Assembly: GCA_965223325.1 (NCBI GenBank)
Contig: CBDCWI010000001.1
Span: forward strand, 1,120,001-1,184,000
DNA from: Candidatus Multivoradales bacterium
GTDB lineage: Bacteria; Acidobacteriota; Thermoanaerobaculia; Multivoradales; Multivoraceae
DNA: 64,000 nt
Reading direction: 5' to 3'
This document shows positions 19,275 through 28,090 of the stretch, piece after piece (the stretch's first letter is position 1; every line of letters begins with the position of its first letter). Made by a program: the position numbers and the translations under genes. The notes beneath the pieces were generated by a model. The model saw nothing but the letters and a program-made list of their open reading frames with translations. It ran no database searches and was not told the DNA's origin.

Positions 19275-20147
19275 CTAGCCCGCCTCAAAGACCACGACAC
19301 CGCCGCGCATTGCCAACTGGCCATCGTGGGTGGCCACGGTGAAGCCAACGGCATGCTGATCGTCACCTACCGGTACAGGTTCGCCGAACTGAATCTCGAT
19401 CTCATGCCCAGGTAGCACCATGCCGGTGAAGCGGCCAGCCAGGCGCCGCAACCGGTCAGGGCGGCCACTGCAATACAAGCGCGTTGCAGCGCGCCCGGCG
19501 AGTGCCCAGGTGGCGGTGCCGTGCAGGATCACATCGGGAAGACCAGCCGCCAGGGCGACCCGGCGCTCGGTGTGGATCGGGTTCCAGATGCGCGCGCACT
19601 CGGTGTAGACATGCGGCATCGCCTTGTCGATCATGATGGGGACCGCCGGTCCACCGGCAAACGAAACCTCGGGGAGCTCAGGCGGTGCTTCGTCGAGACG
19701 GCTCTCGCCCGCGACTCCGACCCCGCGAAGAATCGACTGCGACCAGCTCGTCGTCATCAGGCGCCCCGCGCTGTCATGCGTCTCCAGCCGGGTTGTCGTG
19801 CGCGCTCCCGCAGGCGTCTCCTCCACCCCGCTGATGCAGCCGGTCGTCGTCAGCACATCGCCCGCACGCACCGGCCGATGAAACAGCGAATCCTGGAAGG
19901 CGTGCACTCCGCGGCGCAGCTCATCTTCGGGTGCCTGCCAGATGTCACGCGTTTCGGGGTGACTCACCACCGGCCACTCCAACCGCACGCAGTACGCAGG
20001 TGGCGCCATGAACAGCTCCCCAGTGTCGTTGAAAACATGAGCACTCGTGTCGCCGATCCCGGCGGCGTAGGCAAGGATCTCGCGCGCGGTGACGTTTTGT
20101 TCGTGGGGTGGCAACGGCCGACCCACGGCCGCGGTCTGGACTGGCAT
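19275..20147 (-). CDS. Double hot-dog MaoC-type dehydratase
   Basis: ILAYAAGIG, HAFQD, WNPIH, ILHGTAT; ATG 20147 with GGAG SD. Confidence 0.82.
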   Translation of the reverse strand: MPVQTAAVGRPLPPHEQNVTAREILAYAAGIGDTSAHVFNDTGELFMAPPAYCVRLEWPVVSHPETRDIWQAPEDELRRGVHAFQDSLFHRPVRAGDVLTTTGCISGVEETPAGARTTTRLETHDSAGRLMTTSWSQSILRGVGVAGESRLDEAPPELPEVSFAGGPAVPIMIDKAMPHVYTECARIWNPIHTERRVALAAGLPDVILHGTATWALAGRAATRLYCSGRPDRLRRLAGRFTGMVLPGHEIEIQFGEPVPVGDDQHAVGFTVATHDGQLAMRGGVVVFEAG

Positions 20148-20252
20148 GACTTCACTCCGATGGCAGCCGTTGCGGGCTGTCTGAGTTTCCCGCCCAGAAT
20201 ACCCGCGGTGGCTCAACCCCTCTTCGACCGAGCGACCAAGGGTTCTCACGGG

Positions 20253-20286
20253 TTGACACATAGTATGTGTGCACATAGTATGTGTG
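20253..20286 (+). promoter_or_regulatory. Sigma70 promoter overlapped by a tandem palindromic operator (TA autoregulation)
   Basis: TTGACA (20253)-N17-TAGTAT (20276). CACATAGTATGTGTG occurs twice (20257-20271, 20272-20286), each containing CACATA-G-TATGTG. Confidence 0.82.
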
Positions 20287-20287
20287 A

Positions 20288-20524
20288 ATGAACGTGACCC
20301 TCTCCGTCGACGAAGAGCTTCTGAAGCGAGCACGCGAACATGCGGCCCGCCGCGGCACCTCACTCAATCAGCTGATTCGCGACTTCCTGAGCCAGTTGAC
20401 GTCGGGGGCGTCGGCGAACGAAACCGTCCGCGAACTCAGAGAACTCTGGGCTTCTAGTGAGTCCACCTCAGGCGGTCGCAAGTGGACCCGAGATGAACTC
20501 TATGACCGCTCCGTTCTTCGTTGA
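20288..20524 (+). CDS. Type II antitoxin, ribbon-helix-helix (DUF6364-like)
   Basis: MNVTLSVDEELLKRAREHAARRGTSLNQLIR; C-terminal WTRDELYDR; overlaps the PIN gene. Confidence 0.87.
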   Translation: MNVTLSVDEELLKRAREHAARRGTSLNQLIRDFLSQLTSGASANETVRELRELWASSESTSGGRKWTRDELYDRSVLR

Positions 20525-20960
20525 CACGAACATTCTGATCTACGCCGACGACTCCAGCGCACCAATCAAGCAGTCGGTGTCGAGGAGACTGATCGAGCGC
20601 GCCTTGCAAGAACGGAGCGGACGAATCTCGATGCAGGTCCTCAGGGAGTTCTTTGCCGCGGCGACGCGAAAAGTGGGCATGGACGCGGCCATGGCCCGTC
20701 GCCGCGTTGAACTCTACGCCCGTATCGACCTGGTGCACTTGAGAGTCGAAGATCTTCTGGCGGCAATCGACATGCACCGCCTGCACAGCCTTTCGATCTG
20801 GGACGCTTTGATCCTTCGGGCAGCTCAAACTTCAAACTGCGCGATCCTCTACACGGAGGACCTGCAAGCTGGCTTCCGGCTCGACGGCGTACAAGTCGTG
20901 AATCCCTTCGCCGACACCCAGGGGGTAGACGACAGCGGCGTTCGTGTCGTCGACCGGTAG
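20502..20960 (+). CDS. vapC: PIN-domain VapC toxin
   Basis: FVDTNILIYA, QVLREF, SIWDALI, LYTEDL, VVNPF. Confidence 0.9.
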   Translation: MTAPFFVDTNILIYADDSSAPIKQSVSRRLIERALQERSGRISMQVLREFFAAATRKVGMDAAMARRRVELYARIDLVHLRVEDLLAAIDMHRLHSLSIWDALILRAAQTSNCAILYTEDLQAGFRLDGVQVVNPFADTQGVDDSGVRVVDR

Positions 20961-20977
20961 CCGTGGCTGCAGACACT

Positions 20978-21006
20978 GGAACCTGGCGCGGCCCAGGGTC
21001 GTCTAA
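20978..21006 (+). promoter_or_regulatory. Putative ECF sigma promoter
   Basis: GGAACC-N16-CGTCTAA, 9 nt before the Kelch gene start. Confidence 0.5.
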
Positions 21007-21015
21007 GGAAGCATC

Positions 21016-22215
21016 ATGAAGATAGGTACCGCTGTTCGTGCTCGTCTCCAGCTCTCTGCCCTCATCGTTGCCACCGGCGCCTTCGCTCTTCTCGCAGGAG
21101 CCTGTACTCAGGCGCAGGCTCCCACCGTTGCGGGCCAGAGAGCTTCCTTCTCTCACTTCGAGATGCACTCGCCTCGAGCAGACCATGGGGCCACCGCTCT
21201 TGGTGATGGGCGGGTTCTCTTAGTGGGCGGCTGCGTGAAAGACGGTTGTGAACAAGGTCAACAGAGCCAGATGGCCGAGCTCTTCAACCCAGATACCGGT
21301 CTTACGCGATCGGTCGGCCCGATGATGAGTGCGCGCGTCTCGGCCGCTACGGCGGTTTTGAGCGATGGGCGGGCGCTGATCGTGGGCGGTTGGTCGTCGG
21401 GACAGCCCTCCTCTACTGCTGAGATCTTCGATCCCGCAACAGAGCTCTTTTCCGACACCGTATCGATGACGGGTCCACGCACCAGCTCGGCCGTTGTGGC
21501 CATGCCGGGTGAGGGGCAGGTGCTCTTTCTCGGGGGATCAGACGGGAAGCGTGGGCTCCGAACCGTTGAAGCCTTCGTACCTGGTCGAGGCGGTACCGCG
21601 GACCAGTTCCTCGTGGTCGGGCGCCTTCACCAACCGCGTGCCGGTGCCGAAGCGGTGCTGCTCGACGATGGCCGCATCCTGGTCGCTGGAGGAGATGACG
21701 GACGCTACGGCCGGGGCGGCGTGGAGGTCTTCTCGTCCGCCGAGATCTTCGACCCGGCAACCGGCACTTCGGAGCAGACAGGCTCGATGTCGGTACGTCG
21801 TCACAAGCATGCCGCGGTGCGACTGGATGATGGGCGTGTGCTCGTCGTTGGTGGCTCTGATGCGCGAGACTTCGGCGGGCAGCATCGCCTCCTCGAACGT
21901 TATGACCCAACAACCGGTCGTTTCGAAGCGGCGGGCTCGCTGCACTTTCCCCGTTTCAAGCTTCAGGACGCGGTTCTGCGGCTGGCGAGTGGCAGGGTTC
22001 TGATCGCCGGAGGGGCGAGAAAGCCCGAGGTCTGGGACCCGGTCAGTCAAAAAGCGGAGGTCCTCGACGTCGACCTGGGAGGTGCCTGGTACTTCGCCTC
22101 AGCGACTGCGCTCCCGGACGGGCGCGTGCTGGTGGCCGGTGGCTACACAGCAGCAGAGGGTCTGCCCCTGACCGCTGGCGCCTGGCTCGTGGAGCCGCCT
22201 CGCGTGCACTCCTGA
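21016..22215 (+). CDS. Kelch-repeat beta-propeller, probable lipoprotein
   Basis: Repeated L-x-DGRVLxxGG / AEIFDP units; lipobox LAGAC. Confidence 0.87.
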   Translation: MKIGTAVRARLQLSALIVATGAFALLAGACTQAQAPTVAGQRASFSHFEMHSPRADHGATALGDGRVLLVGGCVKDGCEQGQQSQMAELFNPDTGLTRSVGPMMSARVSAATAVLSDGRALIVGGWSSGQPSSTAEIFDPATELFSDTVSMTGPRTSSAVVAMPGEGQVLFLGGSDGKRGLRTVEAFVPGRGGTADQFLVVGRLHQPRAGAEAVLLDDGRILVAGGDDGRYGRGGVEVFSSAEIFDPATGTSEQTGSMSVRRHKHAAVRLDDGRVLVVGGSDARDFGGQHRLLERYDPTTGRFEAAGSLHFPRFKLQDAVLRLASGRVLIAGGARKPEVWDPVSQKAEVLDVDLGGAWYFASATALPDGRVLVAGGYTAAEGLPLTAGAWLVEPPRVHS

Positions 22216-22283
22216 ATCATCGAGAGTCAAACTCCGAGTCTCGACACCAGGGCGCACCGTCAAGAAGGGTGTACCGTTCATGG

Positions 22284-23636
22284 ATGAGTAAACAACAGGT
22301 TGAAGTCGACTACCTGGTTGTCGGAACAGGGGCCATGGGATTGGCCTTTGCCGATGAGATGCTGAAGCAACGACCGGGCACCATGCTGGCCCTGGTCGAT
22401 GAGCGAGCCAAGCCGGGAGGGCACTGGAACGACGCGTATCGCTTCGTTTCGCTTCATCAGCCCGCCGCGTTCTACGGCGTCAACTCGCGCGACCTGGGTT
22501 CAGGGGGTGCCGCGCTTGCAACCGGAAACGAGGTGCTCGGCTACTTCGACCAGGTTCTCAAGTCGCTGTTGGCAACCGGCCGCGTCACCTATCTGCCCAT
22601 GTGTCGCTACCAGGGTGATGGGCGCGCGGTGTCGTTGTTGGCGCCGGACAAGGAGTACTCCTTCTCGGTGCGTCAGAAGATCGTCGACTCGACCTACATG
22701 AAGGTGGAAGTTCCCTCGACGACGCCACCGAAGTACGCCGTCGGCGACGATGTCGATCTCGTGCCTCCCAATGCCCTGGTAAGCATCAGGGAACCGCGCT
22801 CGTCCTACCTGATCATCGGCGCGGGCAAGACCGGAATGGACGCGACCCTTTTCCTCCTGGACCAGGGAGTCGATCCGCAGAGCATCACCTGGATCATGAG
22901 CAACGACTCCTGGCTCCTCGACCGCGACGCGTTGACGCCCGGTAAGACCATCGGATGGTTCGTCGATCAACTCGCACTGATCGCGCAGTCGGAGTCGCTC
23001 GAAGAGGTGTTTCTGAACACCGAGAGGGCAAACAGCTTCATGAGGCTCGATCCTTCTGTGTGGCCCACCAAGTTTCGCTGCGCGACAGTGAACCGCAGGG
23101 AGTTGGCCGCCTTGCGGACGGTGGAGAACGTCGTTCGCATGGGTAGGGTCCAGCGCATCGAGACCTCGAAGATCATCCTCGATGGTGGTGAGCTCGAGAC
23201 CACGGGCGATGCTCTGTTTGTCGACTGCACTGCGGACGGTCTTGCGAAGCGACCGGCAAAGCCGGTCTTTCAAGGAGACTCCATCACCCTGCAATCGGTC
23301 TTCATGTGCCAGCAGGTCTTCAGCGCCGCCCTCATCGCCTACGTCGAGACTCTGGATCGGGAGGAGAGCCAGAAGAACGACCTCTGCCAGGTGGTGCCAC
23401 ACCCAGAGTTCACCCGCGACTATCTGAGCGCGATGGCGACCAGCAACCTCAACTTCGAGCGCTGGGCGCGTCCGATCGGTCGCTGGTTGAGGGCGAGCCG
23501 GCTCTCGCTCAGTCACCATGAGCCGTTGTTCAGGCTCCTCCGCGAAACCTGGAGAGCCAAACGGATTGGCAGGCCGGCCGTCGAGCGGATGAATCAGATT
23601 CTGAGTTCCGAACCGGCGCATGCTCGAGCGAGATGA
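22284..23636 (+). CDS. NAD(P)/FAD-dependent oxidoreductase
   Basis: VVGTGAMG, GGHWNDAY, LHQPAAFYGVNS, IIGAGKTGMD, VDCTA. Confidence 0.87.
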   Translation: MSKQQVEVDYLVVGTGAMGLAFADEMLKQRPGTMLALVDERAKPGGHWNDAYRFVSLHQPAAFYGVNSRDLGSGGAALATGNEVLGYFDQVLKSLLATGRVTYLPMCRYQGDGRAVSLLAPDKEYSFSVRQKIVDSTYMKVEVPSTTPPKYAVGDDVDLVPPNALVSIREPRSSYLIIGAGKTGMDATLFLLDQGVDPQSITWIMSNDSWLLDRDALTPGKTIGWFVDQLALIAQSESLEEVFLNTERANSFMRLDPSVWPTKFRCATVNRRELAALRTVENVVRMGRVQRIETSKIILDGGELETTGDALFVDCTADGLAKRPAKPVFQGDSITLQSVFMCQQVFSAALIAYVETLDREESQKNDLCQVVPHPEFTRDYLSAMATSNLNFERWARPIGRWLRASRLSLSHHEPLFRLLRETWRAKRIGRPAVERMNQILSSEPAHARAR

Positions 23637-23664
23637 ACACTCAAGCGACAGAATCGAGAGACAG

Positions 23665-24159
23665 ATGACACTCACTGAACGCCAGCGCACACTTCTGGTC
23701 CTCAACGGCTTCGGCCTGATCTTGAGCTCGGTGTTGACCGGATGGCTCTACTTCTTTCAGCTCCTGGGCGAGATCGATCTCTGGCCCTTCGTCCATCACG
23801 TCGAAGCCAAAGTGCCCGGCGAGGCACGCGCCTGGAACATGGCGCACCTCGAGGGCATCACCAACGGGCTCTTGCTGCTGGCACTCGCAGCGGTCGCGCC
23901 CTTTTTGAGGCTCAGCAGGCGTCAGAACAACTGGCTGTTCGCTTCGAGCCTGACCTTTGCATGGTTCTTTACCCTGCCAGCGATTGCCAATGCGTTCTTC
24001 GGCACCCGTGGTCTCGCCTTTGGAGGAGGCCCGTTCGGAGACAGCCTGGTGAACAACGTCATCTACCTCTTCGGCTGGCCACCGATGGTGGCCGTACATA
24101 TCGCCGTGCCGCTCTTGATCTGGGGCGCGTGGGCTCACTACAAGACACTCTCGGTCTAG
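23665..24159 (+). CDS. Styrene-oxide isomerase (StyC)-like 4-TM membrane protein
   Basis: VPGEARAWNMAH, NG, and RGLAFGGGPFG match my recollection of StyC (VPGSPEGWARAH, NG, RGLTFGPNQFG). Confidence 0.7.
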   Translation: MTLTERQRTLLVLNGFGLILSSVLTGWLYFFQLLGEIDLWPFVHHVEAKVPGEARAWNMAHLEGITNGLLLLALAAVAPFLRLSRRQNNWLFASSLTFAWFFTLPAIANAFFGTRGLAFGGGPFGDSLVNNVIYLFGWPPMVAVHIAVPLLIWGAWAHYKTLSV

Positions 24160-24251
24160 CGAGGCGGGCCTCGACCGCCAGTCCGACGAGTACCATGGCG
24201 AGAGGAGTGGGTGCCCAGCCCCCGCAATCGCCTGACGATGAGGAATTCGAA

Positions 24252-25142
24252 ATGATCGCCTTGCCTCTCACCCGTGTCGCTGCTCTAACCACCGCCCTCG
24301 CCCTCGCTGCCGTCCTGGCCACCGCTTGCGCTCCAGAGCCGGCGGACCAGGGTGACGCGGCGGCCGCTGCTCCCGATGAGCCTTCGACGCTCCGGCTCCA
24401 CGTGCTCCGCTGCGGTTACCTCACGATCGAGGACACAACGCCCTTCAACCTCACCGGAGAAGAAGCCGGCACAAACGAGATGTTCGTTCCCTGCTACCTG
24501 ATCGACCATCCCGACGGGAAGCTGCTCTGGGACCTCGGGCTTCCGGCGACCGCGCGAAGCGGTGAGTACCCAATGCCCGGAGGCCAGCTGTCTCTCGAGC
24601 GAACGGTCGTCGAGCAGCTCGGAGATCTCGATCTCGAACCGGAAGCCATCGATTTCGTTGCAATGTCTCACCTACACTGGGATCACTCCGGCCAGGTCGC
24701 CGAATTCGCGGGCGCCAAACAGCTCATGCAACGCGCCGAGTACGAGGCAGCCTTCGCCGACCCGGTGACGGTCCCGGGGTTTGACCCCTCGCTCTACTCC
24801 GCTCTTGCGGACTCCGACTTCGTGCTGCTCGAAGGTGATCACGACGTCTTCGGTGACGGTCGCGTCGTCATCCACTCGCGACCCGGCCATACGCCAGGTC
24901 ACCAGACGTTGTTCATCGATCTCGCAGAGACAGGTCCGTTGGTGCTCTCGGGAGACCTCTACCACTTCCCTGCCAACCGGGAACTGCGCCGGCCGCCGCA
25001 CTTCAACGTTGATGCCGAACAGACGCTGGCGTCGATGGATGCCACCGAGGCCTTCCTCGAGGAAAGCGGTGCCACCCTCTGGATCGAACACGATGCACGT
25101 CTTGCTGAGACGCTGCTCGAGTGGCCGGCGTACTACGAGTAG
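24252..25142 (+). CDS. AiiA-like N-acyl-homoserine lactonase (metallo-beta-lactamase fold), lipoprotein
   Basis: SHLHWDHSG, HDVFGDG, PGHTPGHQ, LSGDLYH, IEHD; lipobox LATAC; SD GAGG. Confidence 0.87.
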   Translation: MIALPLTRVAALTTALALAAVLATACAPEPADQGDAAAAAPDEPSTLRLHVLRCGYLTIEDTTPFNLTGEEAGTNEMFVPCYLIDHPDGKLLWDLGLPATARSGEYPMPGGQLSLERTVVEQLGDLDLEPEAIDFVAMSHLHWDHSGQVAEFAGAKQLMQRAEYEAAFADPVTVPGFDPSLYSALADSDFVLLEGDHDVFGDGRVVIHSRPGHTPGHQTLFIDLAETGPLVLSGDLYHFPANRELRRPPHFNVDAEQTLASMDATEAFLEESGATLWIEHDARLAETLLEWPAYYE

Positions 25143-25273
25143 TTAGCCACAGTATTGCGAACTCGATGGGGTCACAGATCTCGCGGCACAGACTCCCAAG
25201 CACTTGCTCGAACTTCCGGTGGCGTCGATTCGGCGTTGCTCGAGAAAGAGGCAGGCGGAAGGAAGGCCTGAGA

Positions 25274-25298
25274 GTGACCGGTCAGATATACTGGTCAC
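25274..25298 (+). promoter_or_regulatory. Operator and -10 box of the second TA module
   Basis: TGACCGGTCA palindrome (25275-25284), GTGACC...GGTCAC inverted repeat, TATACT (25287-25292) 7 nt before the ATG. Confidence 0.65.
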
Positions 25299-25299
25299 C

Positions 25300-25536
25300 A
25301 TGATCACGATGAACGCATCCGAGTTCAAAGCCAAATGCCTCGCGCTACTGGATCGTGTGGCGGCCACCGGGGAGACTCTCGTGATCCTCAAGCACGGCAA
25401 GCCGGTCGCCAACCTGGTTCCGGCCCAGCACCCCGAACCACCGCAGCATGCTCTCAAGGGCAGCGTGAAGATCCTTGGCGATGTGATCGCTCCGGCCGTC
25501 GAAGCAACGGACTGGGAAGCCGAAGGTAGCGAGTAG
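25300..25536 (+). CDS. Phd/YefM-family antitoxin
   Basis: MNASEFKAKCLALLDRV...ILKHGKPVANLVP. Confidence 0.9.
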   Translation: MITMNASEFKAKCLALLDRVAATGETLVILKHGKPVANLVPAQHPEPPQHALKGSVKILGDVIAPAVEATDWEAEGSE

Positions 25537-25540
25537 AGCC

Positions 25541-25936
25541 TTGGCGTATCTGCTCGACACGCACATTCTTCTCTGGTGGTTCTCGGAGGAACCCAGGCTC
25601 TCGAAGAACCAGCTCGCAGCCCTCGAGGGGGCCTCCGATCAGGAGCCCCTTTCTGTTTCCGACATTTCACTCTGGGAGATCGCGATGCTCGAGAGCCTCG
25701 GGCGAATCGTGCTTCGGGGCAACCTCCGAGACTGGCTGGAGGTGGCAGTGGCGCCACCGTTGGTTCGTCGGCTGGGAATCTCACCGAGCGTCGCCGCAAC
25801 GGTGGCATCGCTCCCCGACTCTTTCCATCGCGACCCTGCCGACCGCATCATCGTTGCCACCGCCATGGTGCACGGCGCATCGCTCCTGACTGCCGATCGT
25901 CGAATCATCGACTCCGGCCTCGTCGAAACCCTCTAA
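25541..25936 (+). CDS. vapC: PIN-domain VapC toxin
   Basis: LLDTHILLWW, SDISLWEI, HRDPADRIIVATA, LLTAD. Confidence 0.92.
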   Translation: MAYLLDTHILLWWFSEEPRLSKNQLAALEGASDQEPLSVSDISLWEIAMLESLGRIVLRGNLRDWLEVAVAPPLVRRLGISPSVAATVASLPDSFHRDPADRIIVATAMVHGASLLTADRRIIDSGLVETL

Positions 25937-26559
25937 GGTTCGCGTTGGCTGCCTGGGTCAGCCTGAACCTCGCCTCCCGAGCCGATACCTCCCCGGGCGA
26001 CGGAGCTCGAAACCGTCACCCTGGCAGCCACCGACTTTCGGCCCGAAGGATCCGACACGCGGCTTCGCTACAGGTGCTGTGTGACGCCCTGTATAGGTGG
26101 TGCGCGGCGCGGATCGGGTCCACTCGCCCTATGAGCGGTTCCGCTCGAGAAGTTCGGCGCGGCGTTGCTCGACTTCGGCAGGTTCGATCTCGCCAGCGGC
26201 CACGCACAGATCCGGAACGAAGATCCGGCACGGTGAGCGACCGCAGGACGCACAATTGGTCGCTTCGAGTCAGCTCGACCTGAGCCGAGACCCCGGAACA
26301 ACACGCTGGAGCGGGAAAACCGCGCTAGCACCCCCGACACCCTTCGGAAAGTCACAATCAGGCGCTGACAGGGCCGTGCTCAGTCTCGGGTATCATCTGC
26401 TCAACTTTCAGTTCAATCCTTCGGTGACCCCACCATAGGGGCCGTTGGCCCCGAAGTTCAAGAACGAATCCGGCGCACCCGAGCCTGGTCATCACACCCA
26501 GCTCGATACTGGTGCGCCTACTTGCCGGGGTGAAGGAATCTCTTACGAGGGAGGCAGCA

Positions 26560-27807
26560 TTGATCGTCGGAGTTCTCAAAGAGACCTTGTCCACCGAGCG
26601 CCGCGTGGCACTGGTTCCGGCAAGCGTCGAGAAGCTTTCGGGCCTTGGGTACGAGGTCCGTTTCGAAAAAGGCGCCGGTGCGCGCTCGGGCTTCGCAGAT
26701 GACGAGTACCAGACGGCTGGCGCGCGCGTCGTGTCGCGCGACGAGGCGCTCGCCGCCGACATCGTGCTGCAGGTGCGCGGTCCAGGTTCCAACCTCGAGA
26801 AGGCACAGGAGCTGATCGGTGGCGCCAAGAAGGAACAGGTCTGGATCGGCCTGCAGGACCCGCTGTGGCGCCCCGATGAGACCAAAGCGCTCGCCGAGCG
26901 TGGCGCTACCGTCATGTCGCTCGAAATGATCCCGCGCATCTCGCGCGCCCAGAGCATGGACGTGCTCTCGTCGATGGCGACGATTGCCGGCTATAAGGCG
27001 GTCCTACTCGCGGCCAGCGAACTACCCCAGATGTTTCCGATGATGATGACCGCCGCCGGCACGCTCAAACCAGCCCGAGTCTTCGTGCTCGGCGCTGGCG
27101 TCGCCGGGTTGCAGGCGATTGCCACGGCGCGGCGTTTGGGGGCGGTTGTTTCGGGCTACGACATTCGCCCCGCGGCAGCCGAACAGATCGAGAGTCTCGG
27201 CGCCAAATCGATCCAGCTGGAGATCGAGACCGAGGGCAGCGAAGACAAGGGCGGCTACGCCAGGGCGCAAGGCGAGGACACACAGCGCCGCCAGCGCGAA
27301 CTACTCGCTGAAGTACTCACCGAACAAGACGTGGTCATTACAACCGCCGCCGTGCCGGGTGCAAAGAGCCCGCTTCTCGTGACCACCGAAATGGTCGAAG
27401 GCATGCCGAGGGGAAGCGTGGTGATCGACCTGGCGGCCGAACGTGGCGGAAACTGCGAGCTCACCAAGGCAGACGAACGAGTCGAGCACGGCGGAGTGCT
27501 AGTTCTCGGCCCCACCGACCTGGCGTCGACCGCGCCGCGGCATGCCAGTCAGATGTACTCCAACAACCTGACCACCCTTCTCCACCACCTGACCGACGAC
27601 TCGCGCCTGGTGCTCGACATGAGCGACGAGATCACCCGGGGTACCACTATTGCCCAGGGCGGCGAGGTCCTCGACGCCCGGGTGCGCGGCAAGCTGGGCC
27701 TCGAGCCGCTGCCCGACCCGAACGCCGAAACTCCTGATTCCGACGCCTCTCGTTCGGAAAGTGACAACACCGAAGGGTCTTCTGAGGGCCCGGGAGACTC
27801 TGCATGA
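26560..27807 (+). CDS. pntA: NAD(P) transhydrogenase alpha subunit part 1 (dI domain)
   Basis: ERRVAL, PRISRAQSMDVLSS, GAGVAGLQA, DLAAERGGNC; TTG start with GGGAGG SD. Confidence 0.95.
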   Translation: MIVGVLKETLSTERRVALVPASVEKLSGLGYEVRFEKGAGARSGFADDEYQTAGARVVSRDEALAADIVLQVRGPGSNLEKAQELIGGAKKEQVWIGLQDPLWRPDETKALAERGATVMSLEMIPRISRAQSMDVLSSMATIAGYKAVLLAASELPQMFPMMMTAAGTLKPARVFVLGAGVAGLQAIATARRLGAVVSGYDIRPAAAEQIESLGAKSIQLEIETEGSEDKGGYARAQGEDTQRRQRELLAEVLTEQDVVITTAAVPGAKSPLLVTTEMVEGMPRGSVVIDLAAERGGNCELTKADERVEHGGVLVLGPTDLASTAPRHASQMYSNNLTTLLHHLTDDSRLVLDMSDEITRGTTIAQGGEVLDARVRGKLGLEPLPDPNAETPDSDASRSESDNTEGSSEGPGDSA

Positions 27808-28079
27808 CCTTCATCGTCTCGCTGACCTTCTTCGTCCTCGCCGTCTTCCTCGGCTTCGAGCTGATCACCAAGGTTCCGCCGACCCTGCACACCCCGCTGA
27901 TGTCGGGCTCGAACGCCATTTCGGGCATTACCCTGGTCGGGGCCGTCCTGGCGGCCGGAACGCGCTACTCCAGTTTCACCACCGCCCTGGCGTTCCTGGC
28001 TGTCGTCCTGGCGACGGTCAACGTCGTCGGCGGTTTCCTGGTCACCCACCGCATGCTTGGCATGTTCCGGCGCAAGTAG
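27804..28079 (+). CDS. pntA: NAD(P) transhydrogenase alpha subunit part 2
   Basis: VPPTLHTPLMSGSNAISG, NVVGGFLVTHRML. Confidence 0.95.
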   Translation: MTFIVSLTFFVLAVFLGFELITKVPPTLHTPLMSGSNAISGITLVGAVLAAGTRYSSFTTALAFLAVVLATVNVVGGFLVTHRMLGMFRRK

Positions 28080-28090
28080 AGGGCGAGAGA

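Noticed and set aside
23742-24251. Long N-terminal extensions in the ORF track (also 27650, 34597..36036, 35714, 37713, 42484..43485, 48824)
   Set aside because: They overlap well-supported genes or repeats in other frames. High GC keeps frames open, and better starts with an SD or -10 box exist downstream.
20253-26030. Integron or IS-derived mobile element around the TA modules
   Set aside because: No integrase or transposase, no repeated attC-like sites between the genes and no target-site duplication that I could identify.
26175-26200. Second T-loop-like motif GGCAGGTTCGATCTCGCC
   Set aside because: Imperfect stem and no cloverleaf upstream.
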